DNA of 64,000 nt, from the IMG/VR virus record IMGVR_UViG_3300021478_000027; one strand, 5' to 3'. The translations under genes were made by a program, and so were the position numbers. Of this stretch, positions 49,836 through 59,600 are shown in pieces (the stretch's first letter is position 1; every line of letters starts with the position of its first letter). A model generated the notes under the pieces. It was given only the letters and a program-made list of their open reading frames with translations, ran no database searches and was not told where the DNA came from. This DNA is from an uncultured virus (IMG/VR IMGVR_UViG_3300021478_000027) (lineage: Duplodnaviria; Heunggongvirae; Uroviricota; Caudoviricetes).

Positions 49836-50878
49836 AATGTATTCCCGCCAATGCCGGTTATTATAGCGTTACTTGACGGCTTGCTGCTCACAACATTGTA
49901 CCCGAGTACGACAACCCCCTGCTGTCCGATCTGACCCAGCGGGACCAGCGAGTAGAACCCGCTAAAATCGAACGCCGCGTCTTCCGACAGGTACATCGAG
50001 GTGTATTTCGAGTTGATGAAATAGGCCGTGCCCTGCGGGCAGAAGTGATCGGCAAAAATCGGCACGCCTGCGACATTGAGGTTCGGGAACGCCGAGCGAA
50101 CCGGCGTCGCCATCGTGTACTCGTTGCCAGGCCGGGTAAAAATCTGCTCGACGCCCACAAAGCTGGTGTTCAGCGTCGCAAAGTCGCCGGGGGACATCAC
50201 GACCATCGTCGGCGACTCACCACCAGCCAGGTCAGTGATCTGAATCAGCGCCGCAGCCATCGCCGAGCGGCTGAACCCAGCCGTCGCGACCGTGCCCGTC
50301 CCCGAAACAATCGCCGTGCCAGCAATGACATTGCCCTTCCAGGACGTGTTGCCGGGCGATGTGCGGTTGATGCCGCCGTATGTCGCCACCGTCGCGCCGT
50401 TGTCGAAGCCATCAACGAAGCTATTCGGCAGCAGCGTGTTCGCCGTGTTGTTCGAGAACAGCAACCCGCCGACATTCTGGACGGTGACCGACCAAACGTC
50501 GTTCATCCGCGCCTTCAAGAGCGAAATCTCGCGATCCGTCGCCTGGATCACCGTCTCGCCAAACGGCAGCGGCACCGGCACAACCCAGTAACAGGTAGGG
50601 AACTGCGCGTTTTGCACACCGGGCGTCACGACAGGGCTATTAAATCCACCGCCATAGCCTGTAAATTGCCCCTGGACCATCGATTGGCCCTGAATTGGAA
50701 TTGTGATTTGAGATAAACCGCCAGCACTTTTCTGTGCAGCGCCAAGTAAATAGAATAATGTTGGCGTGGCGAAGTAAATTTGGACAAACAACCTTGGGAC
50801 GAAAGCCCTCCTTGTCGCCGCGGTGAGTTCGTTATATAACGAACCTGTAGGTACTGCACCCTGACCAGGAAGCGGCAT
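49832..50878 (-). CDS. Major capsid protein
   Basis: 348 aa directly after the scaffold; LYNELTAATRRAFVPRLFVQI; GVPIFADHFCPQGTAYFINSKY. Confidence 0.85.
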   Translation of the reverse strand: MPLPGQGAVPTGSLYNELTAATRRAFVPRLFVQIYFATPTLFYLLGAAQKSAGGLSQITIPIQGQSMVQGQFTGYGGGFNSPVVTPGVQNAQFPTCYWVVPVPLPFGETVIQATDREISLLKARMNDVWSVTVQNVGGLLFSNNTANTLLPNSFVDGFDNGATVATYGGINRTSPGNTSWKGNVIAGTAIVSGTGTVATAGFSRSAMAAALIQITDLAGGESPTMVVMSPGDFATLNTSFVGVEQIFTRPGNEYTMATPVRSAFPNLNVAGVPIFADHFCPQGTAYFINSKYTSMYLSEDAAFDFSGFYSLVPLGQIGQQGVVVLGYNVVSSKPSSNAIITGIGGNTF

Positions 50879-50897
50879 TTTATCAGTTCCCTCTTAC

Positions 50898-50926
50898 TTG
50901 ACAACGCCGCAGGGTAGGGGTATACC
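50898..50926 (+). promoter_or_regulatory. Sigma70-like promoter of the HNH gene
   Basis: TTGACA-N17-TATACC. Confidence 0.55.
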
Positions 50927-50954
50927 AGTAATTGCCAAACCACTGGAGAAACCC

Positions 50955-51752
50955 ATGCCCACGACCACACTCATTACTACAGAATGTGCCAATTGCGGCG
51001 GAACGTTCTCGGCTAGAGCAAAGGCGGGAGAAACAAAGCGCTATTGCTCTAAGGCGTGCATGATCGCTTACGAAGCAAAACATGGTAGGCCAGGCCGAGC
51101 GCGCTCTGAACGAATTAAGTTCACTTGCCAGAATTGCAGCAAGGAATTTCTGATGCTTCCCGGATTTCTTAATGCCTATCGCATTAAGCACGGGCGCGAC
51201 CCGCTGTATTGTTCGAGGCAATGCCACGGCATCGCACGGCGAACACATACCGCCGATAACGAACAGTTTTTCTCTTGCGAGCAATGCAGAAAGGAAGTTG
51301 CGCGGCGCCGATACCAACGTTCTACAGGCCACAACAAGTTTTATGCTCAGCAACGCTTTTGTAGCCCCGCCTGCAAGCACTCTTGGTTTGCCAGCCGCGC
51401 TGAACAACGATTTTTGAACGGCGAAATTGGGCGCCACGTAAAGCGGCACGGTTACGTCTGGCTGTCTTTGCCGGCCAATCTCAATGGCGGACAGAAAGGA
51501 GAAGTTCTTGAGCACCGCTACGTCATGGAGCAGCACCTTGGGCGGAAGCTTCTGCCTGAAGAGACGGTGCATCACGTCAACGGCGACAGACAGCACAACA
51601 AGATTGAAAACCTTGAGCTTTTTTCTAGCCGCCACGGTCCAGGACAGCGCGTAATTGACAAAATCGCTTTCGCGATCGAGATGCTTCGCCTGTACCCCGA
51701 CTTCGCCGCCGAGCAGGGCGTCAAATTGGTTGATGTCGAGCGCAGCGACTGA
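50955..51752 (+). CDS. HNH homing endonuclease with three Zn-finger repeats
   Basis: Three CxxC...(Y/F)CSxxC units; EHRYVMEQHLGRKL...VHHVNGDRQHNKIENL. Confidence 0.88.
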   Translation: MPTTTLITTECANCGGTFSARAKAGETKRYCSKACMIAYEAKHGRPGRARSERIKFTCQNCSKEFLMLPGFLNAYRIKHGRDPLYCSRQCHGIARRTHTADNEQFFSCEQCRKEVARRRYQRSTGHNKFYAQQRFCSPACKHSWFASRAEQRFLNGEIGRHVKRHGYVWLSLPANLNGGQKGEVLEHRYVMEQHLGRKLLPEETVHHVNGDRQHNKIENLELFSSRHGPGQRVIDKIAFAIEMLRLYPDFAAEQGVKLVDVERSD

Positions 51753-51754
51753 CA

Positions 51755-51934
51755 TCACTGCCCCTTCGGCCCTGTAGACTGGGCGTTAGGCGCGTGCTCA
51801 ACATTCTTCTCGGGAAGCGGTGCGCCAACGCGCTCGCCCTTGATGTTCGCGGCAGACTCCTTGCGCGTCCAAACGGTAAACGCCGGATCGGACGGCGTAG
51901 CTTTGGGGGGTGCGGGAGTGCGAAAGATCGACAT
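51755..51934 (-). CDS. Small protein (59 aa), paralog of 52503..52679
   Basis: Hand translation MSIFRTP...GERVGAPLPEKNVEHAPNAQSTGPKGQ. Confidence 0.5.
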   Translation of the reverse strand: MSIFRTPAPPKATPSDPAFTVWTRKESAANIKGERVGAPLPEKNVEHAPNAQSTGPKGQ

Positions 51935-52503
51935 CAGAGGCCCCGCGCTTCCTTGAGCGCGTTGGCGATGGCGGGACCAAGGAACTCGTCCTCGCGACCT
52001 TCAAACAATGGCTTCAGATCGGGCGCGTTCTTGACTTCCGGCGAGGCCCAATCCCAACGCGCACCGCCCGAAATCAGCGGCTCCGGCGGCGGGTTGATGC
52101 GTTCGTAAAGGGCAGCTGCCGCCTCATGGTCGGCGATGCCACGTTCTTCCATGAGTTTTTCGAGTTCGCCGAGACCTTCGTCGGTGTAGCCCTGTGCGCG
52201 GACCTTGGCGCGGCCTTCGGACCATTTCGTCTGAAGCTTCTGCTGCGCCTCAGCGGCCTCACGGGACTTCTTGTCCTCAACGAGCATGTTTTTCAGCTCG
52301 TCGAAGCCGCTGCGAAATTCCCCAAGCTGCTTGTCAACTTCGTCGCGAATCCTGACTTCAGGGCCGGCGCGATCGGGAGCCGCCAGCGCTACGGCTTTCT
52401 GAGCGAGCGCGCGGGCTTCCGGATGCTTCTCGACCTGGCCGAGAACGGTCTGGATCTGGCGGAGGTTCGCCAGCTCGTTTTCGTCAATCTCGACGGTCGG
52501 CAT
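51934..52503 (-). CDS. Putative capsid scaffolding protein
   Basis: Charged, helical, 189 aa, upstream of the capsid gene. Confidence 0.6.
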   Translation of the reverse strand: MPTVEIDENELANLRQIQTVLGQVEKHPEARALAQKAVALAAPDRAGPEVRIRDEVDKQLGEFRSGFDELKNMLVEDKKSREAAEAQQKLQTKWSEGRAKVRAQGYTDEGLGELEKLMEERGIADHEAAAALYERINPPPEPLISGGARWDWASPEVKNAPDLKPLFEGREDEFLGPAIANALKEARGL

Positions 52504-52679
52504 TAAGCCTTGCTCCCCGCATTAGGAACGTGCTGGATCGAATTGACCGGCGAGGACGAAGGGGTCGGGATGTGGCCGGTGCGCGCACCGATCTCGTTCT
52601 CCTTCATCGAAACGCGGACGATCTGCGCGTCCTGCTTCGGGAGCGACTTGGTGGAATCCTGAAAGATGTTTACGGGCAT
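52503..52679 (-). CDS. Small protein (58 aa)
   Basis: MPVNIFQD...GARTGHIP...NSIQHVPNAGSKA; RBS GAGG. Confidence 0.5.
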   Translation of the reverse strand: MPVNIFQDSTKSLPKQDAQIVRVSMKENEIGARTGHIPTPSSSPVNSIQHVPNAGSKA

Positions 52680-52690
52680 GCTGTTGTCCT

Positions 52691-53104
52691 CTATGCGGCC
52701 ATTGGCGGCGGCGGTGGCGGCGGGGCAGCGGGAGCACCGCCACCCATCTGGGCCGCTTGCGCGGCGGCGTTCTGCGGGGCCATTTGGCGCTGCTGCATCA
52801 GCATCTTCTGCGCCTCGGTCATCTGCATTCCGGGAGACACCGCGCCTTGGGGAACGTGCTTCGCCAACTTGTTGACGGCTTCGCGCAAGTCGCGAGAAAT
52901 GTCTGAGCCTATGGGAAATGCCATCATCAGTTGCTGGATGGCAGTGGCATGCACCGCCAGCTTCGCCAAAGCGGCGGCTTCGATTCCGCGATTTGGCGAG
53001 GGCGCTGACGCAGGGGACGGGCCCGTCGCCTGCCCCGGAGGCGGTGCCCCTGGAGCCGGTACCGGACCACCCTGCGGCGGCATGCTGGCGGGCATATCCG
53101 GCAC
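52691..53104 (-). CDS. Pro/Gln/Ala-rich head-module protein
   Basis: 137 aa with low-complexity ends and a helical core. Confidence 0.5.
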   Translation of the reverse strand: MPDMPASMPPQGGPVPAPGAPPPGQATGPSPASAPSPNRGIEAAALAKLAVHATAIQQLMMAFPIGSDISRDLREAVNKLAKHVPQGAVSPGMQMTEAQKMLMQQRQMAPQNAAAQAAQMGGGAPAAPPPPPPPMAA

Positions 53105-53290
53105 GGATTACTTCCGGCGGTGCTTGCGCCGACGATTGCGAGGCAGCATAGCCTTGCTCCATCTCAAGAGTTGCACACGTCCCCGCCACCCAAGGAGGAG
53201 AGACGGTCTGACGAGGACAAAATCCATATGGAGTAGAGACGGCTAGACACGGTACTAGGGAGTGATGTAAAAACGGTCAGGGATGCTCGG

Positions 53291-53488
53291 ATGATACAAT
53301 CGCGACGCAAGCTAGGAGCCAAGCAAGCGGCTCATGCACTTGGCGTCAGCCTAAAGACGCTGGCCACATGGAGGCGTCTAAAGCTTGGCCCGCCGTTTTT
53401 CAAAGTGAGTAGAAATCTTTGCCTATATGATGAAGAGGAGCTAGATCGCTGGCTCCAAAAAACGCGAGTGGACCCAAATGGGAGCTAA
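53291..53488 (+). CDS. AlpA/excisionase-like HTH protein
   Basis: AAHALGVSLKTLATWRRLKLGPPFFKV...LYDEEELDRWL. Confidence 0.8.
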   Translation: MIQSRRKLGAKQAAHALGVSLKTLATWRRLKLGPPFFKVSRNLCLYDEEELDRWLQKTRVDPNGS

Positions 53489-53659
53489 AGACTTCACTTC
53501 CGAAAAAGGGGCCAAGGAACTTTGCTCTAGAATCGTCGAATATTGGAAAAATCAGGGATTTTCAAAGGTCATGGCGGCACCGGTTCCGCTCAACACGGTG
53601 GCGCGCTGGTCAGACAACTGGGGCATAAAATCCAACATCGGGCTTAATGGGCCACCGGC

Positions 53660-54580
53660 ATGAAGGTCTCCTTCATCGTTCCCGCGCGGAATAAAGAGCA
53701 TTTTATCCGCAATACGGCGCAATCGGTTCTCTTACAAACCTACTCGCCGATGGAAATCGTCTTTAGCGACCAGGGGTCGACCGACGATACGCTCGGTATC
53801 CTGCTCGATATGGCCGAAACCTATAACGGCCCCAACACCGTCCGCGTTATCCAATGCCCCCATACCGAGCGAAAGGGTATGCCGGGGCTTAATGCTCACC
53901 TCAACTGGCTACACGGCCAGATCGATAGCGATATCGTCATCATGTGCTCGGCGGACGATCTGAACAATTCAAAGAGAGCAGAATTAACGGTAAAGGCATT
54001 CGAGGAACACGATCCGTCTTACGTCAATACCGGGGTCATCTACCTCAACCCAAACGACCCAGAAGACCTCCCAAAGGTCACTGCATTCCCCGACAAGTCG
54101 AGTCGCTGGCTCCAGCCTGCCGAAACAATCAAGCACCAGATCGGATCATCCGGCTCATCCGCGTGGGCACGCGACTTGTACGAAAAGCACGGACCGCTGG
54201 AAGGTTGCGAGCAGCAGGACATGATCCTGCCGATGATGGCGCTGATCGAGCGCGGCATCTATTACGTGGATGAGCCGCTGCACACCTACATCGCGCACGC
54301 CTCACTCGATAACACCGGGTTCATCGGCCAAATCAATGCCGCCGAGAACGAAGTACATAAGATGCAACTCGTCGAGCTGAACGATTTTATCAACGTCTAC
54401 AACTGGACAAACATCCTGCGGCGCTGGACCGAGCTGCCGGAGCAATTCGCCGCGCTCGCCAGCGATGACGCAGCCATGAACGCCCTCACGGAAAAGATCA
54501 GCAACTGTGCTGATGCGTGGTCCAACGTGCGCAACCACATGATCATCAACGATGTCTACCCGATAAAGATGAGGACGTAA
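53660..54580 (+). CDS. Glycosyltransferase family 2, paralog of 4098..5000
   Basis: VSFIVPARNK...FSDQGSTDDT...CPHT..KGMPGLN...CSADD...IGSSGSSAWARDLYEK. Confidence 0.85.
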   Translation: MKVSFIVPARNKEHFIRNTAQSVLLQTYSPMEIVFSDQGSTDDTLGILLDMAETYNGPNTVRVIQCPHTERKGMPGLNAHLNWLHGQIDSDIVIMCSADDLNNSKRAELTVKAFEEHDPSYVNTGVIYLNPNDPEDLPKVTAFPDKSSRWLQPAETIKHQIGSSGSSAWARDLYEKHGPLEGCEQQDMILPMMALIERGIYYVDEPLHTYIAHASLDNTGFIGQINAAENEVHKMQLVELNDFINVYNWTNILRRWTELPEQFAALASDDAAMNALTEKISNCADAWSNVRNHMIINDVYPIKMRT

Positions 54581-54767
54581 TGCGTGATCCCTTTAAGGCT
54601 GATATCCGCCCAGACAAGTGGATGGACTGGATTCGTATTACCGAAGAGCAATTCGGCACAGTTTTGCGATTATCCTCAATGGGTGAAAGTTTGCATCTGA
54701 CAGCTCGAACGGCTATGGAGCTGAAGGCTGTAATCGACGAATGGCTCACGCTTCCAATGCCGATGCA

Positions 54768-55808
54768 ATGAAGAAGTGGTGCTGCATCTGTCGCTTGGGT
54801 AGTATCGGAGATGATTTAATCGTCTCGTCAGTATTACCATTATTAAAACGCCAAGGGTACATGATCGAGGTCATGGCGCAGGAGCCGAGCCATGTGGTCT
54901 TTGAAAACAATCCGTACATCGATAAGCTCACTGTTCTCAAGAAACAGGACTTACCTGATAACAACGCCGACTGGCAAAAATACTTCGTCGGACGCTCCCA
55001 CGAGTACGATAAGTTCTATCACCTCAGCCACTCCATCGAGTCCCATGTCGCCTTCCACCCCGACAGCACCTGGTTCTGGTGGCCCGACACATACCGCCGC
55101 CAGTTAGCCAACAAGTCGTACCTCGCACTAACCCACGACATCTGCGAGCTACCGCACGAGTTTGCGCCTGAGTTCTTCCCCACGGAGGAAGAGCGCGACA
55201 AGGCGCTGGAGACGAAAGAGAAGATCGGCAAGCAGTTCATCGCTTGGGTGATTGCCGGCTCGCGGCTCGATAAGCTCTATCCGTACAGCGCGATGGCGGT
55301 GGCGCGACTGATCGTCGAGACGGGGCTGCCGGTCGTGATGATGGGTGGCACACCAAAGGAGTTCGAGGCGGCTCAGTCAATCATGGAGCATGTCGGGCGA
55401 CAAAACGGAACAACAGATGGGCTGCATCTCGCCATGAAGGCCGTTGAGGGTGAGAACCTGTGGCCGCTGCGGCGGTCGCTCACCTTCATTCAGTACGCCG
55501 ACCTGGTGATTTCGCCAGATACGGGGCTGGCTTGGGGCGTCGCATCGCGGCCAATGCCCAAGATCATGCTGCTCGGCCACGCCTCACCCTTCAACATCAC
55601 CCACGGCTGGGTTAATACAACCACGCTACACGCCGATCAGGAGCGGGTGCCATGCGCCCCGTGCCACCGACTCCACAACGACGCGTCTACCTGCGTCCCA
55701 AACAAGGAGAACAACGGCGCGGCTTGCATCTCGGACATCACCGTTGAAGATATCCTTAAGGCAGCAAAATCATGCTTAGTCCCGCCCCATACGACCCTAA
55801 ATGGCTAA
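54768..55808 (+). CDS. Glycosyltransferase family 9 (heptosyltransferase-like)
   Basis: RLGSIGDDLI...LK...NNPYID; ADLVISPDTGL; VPCAPCH...CISDITVEDI. Confidence 0.85.
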   Translation: MKKWCCICRLGSIGDDLIVSSVLPLLKRQGYMIEVMAQEPSHVVFENNPYIDKLTVLKKQDLPDNNADWQKYFVGRSHEYDKFYHLSHSIESHVAFHPDSTWFWWPDTYRRQLANKSYLALTHDICELPHEFAPEFFPTEEERDKALETKEKIGKQFIAWVIAGSRLDKLYPYSAMAVARLIVETGLPVVMMGGTPKEFEAAQSIMEHVGRQNGTTDGLHLAMKAVEGENLWPLRRSLTFIQYADLVISPDTGLAWGVASRPMPKIMLLGHASPFNITHGWVNTTTLHADQERVPCAPCHRLHNDASTCVPNKENNGAACISDITVEDILKAAKSCLVPPHTTLNG

Positions 55809-56037
55809 CCCATGAATGGGTTGACTCACCAACCAATTCGTACTGGACGCCAAAACCCAAGGAGCAAAGAATGTTTGGCGCAGAATACAAGCTCGTTGCC
55901 AATGCCACGGTCCTGACCGCAGACGACGTTCTGGAGCGAGAAATCCGCTCGCGCGAAAGCAACTCCGATGATGTATTGTTCCTGCTGAGGCGTCTCGATG
56001 AGGCGCGCGCGAAGGATGGGGCAGCGGAGACAGTCTG

Positions 56038-56433
56038 ATGGCAAATATTAGCGCTTATGCCGGCAAAGCGATGCTGGATTGGACATTGCTCGGCGCCACG
56101 CCGACGCGGCCCGCCAATAGCTATGTCGGCATCGGGTTGGCAGCACCGAACAGCACCAACGGCTCTGAAATCGCGACCGGATCGGGCATGACGCGGCAAA
56201 CCGTGGCATTTTCCGCCGCCGGATCGCCCGCCAATCTCGCCGGAAACAACGTTGCAATGACCTTTGGCCCCATTTCCGCCGCTGCCACGGTGATCGGCGT
56301 CCAGATTTGGGACACGGGAGCTGCTACGGTCGGCAATATGCTCTATTTTGCTTCGTTGACCACCTCACGCACCATGAACGGCGGCGATTTCCTATTATTC
56401 AGCGTCGGATCGCTCGCTGTCTCGTTAACTTAG
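56038..56433 (+). CDS. Small phage fibre/minor structural protein
   Basis: ISAYAGKAMLDW...P...GSEI.TGSG.TRQTVAF...IWD.A.T.GNMLY pattern seen in phage fibre subunits. Confidence 0.6.
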   Translation: MANISAYAGKAMLDWTLLGATPTRPANSYVGIGLAAPNSTNGSEIATGSGMTRQTVAFSAAGSPANLAGNNVAMTFGPISAAATVIGVQIWDTGAATVGNMLYFASLTTSRTMNGGDFLLFSVGSLAVSLT

Positions 56434-56451
56434 GCACGGGCAAATGCCGAC

Positions 56452-56670
56452 GTGCTTACAATAGAGAAATACGTCGATCTACGTTTGCGCTTCTTTGAAG
56501 GGAAGAACATCGACCTAGTCGGCGCGCGCATGGAAAAAATGGTTCATGACGCGGGTTACGTTTTCCGATGGCTTGAACTCGATACAAAGATCGCGCCGGA
56601 GTGGCGAGATGGCCGTGTCAACGTGCTAGTTAACAAGGCGCACGTCATCACGCGGATCACGGTAGGTTGA
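56452..56670 (+). CDS. Peptidase inhibitor I78/potato-inhibitor-like protein
   Basis: C-terminal EWRDGRVNVLVNKAHVITRITVG. Confidence 0.5.
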   Translation: MLTIEKYVDLRLRFFEGKNIDLVGARMEKMVHDAGYVFRWLELDTKIAPEWRDGRVNVLVNKAHVITRITVG

Positions 56671-56671
56671 C

Positions 56672-59600
56672 ATGACGATCTCACGGGTCGGGGCAGCCAC
56701 CGGAACGACCACTTGTACTGTGCCAACTCACAGTATCGGCGACCTTATTCTCATCGGCGCTTTCCGCCAGACAACCGCGACATCGCCGTCTTTGCCCGCT
56801 GGCTATACGAGTATTGCAAACGGCACAGCAACAAGTTGCGCGTACCGTTGCGGCTACAAGATCGCGACTGCAACGAACGACAGTTCGGGAACCTGGACAA
56901 ATGCGACCGCGATAACGTGCGTTGTTTATACGTCAGACCAAATCGCCGCTGGTGGCGCAATCAACATCGGCGGACACCTTGGGAGTAGTGCGGCCACCAA
57001 CCCGGTTAGCTATGGCGGCATTACGCTAAACTACACTGACGGCGCATCGTGGGTCTTTGCATTCAGCGGAAATCGGAGCCCCACTAATTCGGTCCAGACG
57101 CATCCTCCAACTGGGATGACGCTCATCGCGAGCAGCGACCTGGTAAACACCGTTGAAGTCTGCGCATTCGACACCAATGCGGGCGTTTCCAGTTGGTCGA
57201 CCCAGACCACGACGCTGTCGACCGCGACCGGGTGGGGAACCACGGTCGTTGAAATCTTTGAGACCAACTATGCGTCGGCGATCATCAATAGCGTCCAGCA
57301 CCGCTCGACCAGCTACAACAATGTCGCCGCCGTTAACGAGCCGCTCGAAAATTTCGCGGTCGCTTTGCCCGATGCGACCCAATCCGGGCAAGGTCTCGTT
57401 TGCGCGGTCGCTTATCCTAGCGGCGCGACGCCGAGCATCACAGACGACCAGGGCAATACCTGGCCGGCATCCGGCGCAGCGGGCACGGTCACCGCTGATG
57501 CTGGCGGCGGGGCGATGGCGATTCAGATTTTCCGCCTCGCCAGCGCCGCCGCAAATACGCGGATCGTAACGGTCGGTTTTGGCGGTAGCCCGCAGCAGCC
57601 AGTCAAAGTGTGGCTGGAGAAGCTTTACAATATCACCGGAACCGTTAACGGGTCCAAGACTGGAACGAGTTTAAATACGCTCGGCACGGTATCGCCGGGA
57701 TCGTTCACGCCAACCAACAACAACGCTAATGGCGGTAACCTGATCCTGGCCTACATGGTAGCCCAGGGAACGTCCAATAGCACTAACCCGACTGATATCG
57801 CCCCGGCGCGGGGGTATTTCCTTCAGGACGCCGACATCGGCTGGGTCAGCGGCAACGGTATCCCGAGCGCCTCGCAGGCGTTCCTGCAGACGACCGCTGC
57901 CGCGACTACGCCGATGTTCACGCTTCAGGGAAGCGGAACAGACACGTACATCGTCGCAGCGATTGCACTCTCGGTCGGGACGCAAGGCTCTGACGACAGT
58001 CGAACCAATGGACATATAGATCGGATTATCGAGTACGCCACTAATACAGCGGGGTCGCCGTGGAAGAATAAAACCCCGATGAGCGGCACGACCGGCCTGA
58101 TAATCGGTTTCGTCGCGGGCACACCAACGAATAATACGGTCACGTCTGACAACGGAACTAATACCTGGACTACGATTGAAGGGGCAGCCGGGTCACCATA
58201 TTTTAATTATTTTCAAGGCTTAACGGCTAGTTCTTCGAGAGAGGTGTCGCAGACATTCACCGGCAGCGGTAATGGCCAATTCGTTTTCTACGATCTATCT
58301 AACTTAGATACTGGAACTGCGCCGGTTACGGCTGGAGTTGGCTCTACAGCGGCAAATAACGTAGCGTCGATTGCAAATCAGCCGAGCATAACGCCGTCGT
58401 CAGCTAACGGCGTCGCGTTCGGTAACCTGCAAAATGGTTTGGGGCCGACGAACGGCATAACCTCACCATCTGGCGCTCTTTTTGACTGTCCGCTTTATCA
58501 GACCGGCCAATTTACGTTCACGCAATCTGGTACTACCGCAAACGTATCAGCAGTCGCCTGGGGCCAAGTCTACGGTGACGGTATTACAGGGGTAACCGGC
58601 TCGGGCGTGGCGAATGGTCAGTCGAATCAATCGGCCACATCAAGTTCTACCGGTAACCGAACCTTCAACATTAGCCAGACGCTGGGGACCACAACAGGTC
58701 ATACCACGTCAACCGACAGCTCTAGCGTAAATTGGGGTGAAGGACTCGCGCACGTCTTTACGACTAGCACTGCGGCGCTGAATTTTACATGGAACATCGC
58801 GAGTCAACCGGCATCGTCTGTGTCATCCACGGCGATTTGGTTCAAGGCTGCGGCGAGCACAACAAACTGGCAAGGCGCTGCGAATTTCACGGGTGCTGGT
58901 GCGTTCACGGCAAACGCCCAGCTTATCGAGGCATCGCAAGCGACATTTGCCGGGGCAGGGCTATTCACTGCTAACGCAACGGCGCAGTTCGCAGCACAGG
59001 CGACGTTTGGGGGCGCTGGCAGCTTTACTGCCACTGCGACGATGCAGTTCGCCGCACAAGCAACGTTTGCCGGGGCCGGTAGCTTTACTGCGACCGGCTT
59101 ACCCGTCGATTTCGGGTTTGCGAACTTCGCGGGGGCAGGCAGCTTTACTGCCAATGCTGGACCAGCTGTCCTCGCTGCGGCGGCGAACTTTGGCGGTGCG
59201 GGGCTTTTCACCGCCAATGCCCAACTGATCGAGGCTGCGCAGGCGACATTTGCCGGGGCCGGGTCATTCACGGCTAACGCTACGGCACTGTTTGCGGCGC
59301 AGGCCACATTTGCCGGCACAGGTGCCTTTACCGCCAATGCGACGACCCAAATCGCCGGTCAGCAGGGCGCGGCAAACTTTAATGGTGCGGGATTATTCAC
59401 CGCCAATGCCTCACAGCCGCAACGATCAGCGGCTGCTAACTTTGCCGGAGCAGGGCTCTTCACCGCCAACGCCACCGTGCAGATGGCGGCACAGGCGACA
59501 TTCGCAGGAACGGGCGGATTCACGGCCACTGCCGCATTGCGCATGCAGGCGACGGCCTCGTTTGCTGGCGCTGGTGCTTTTACCGCCAACGGCAATGTTC

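Noticed and set aside
52395..52450. Gapped match of array C to the scaffold gene (VEKHP)
   Set aside because: Only about 18 of 34 bases match, within chance expectation.
53291..53488. Excisionase implying an integrated prophage
   Set aside because: No integrase, att-like site or host genes are seen, and the ends overlap as in a circular assembly.
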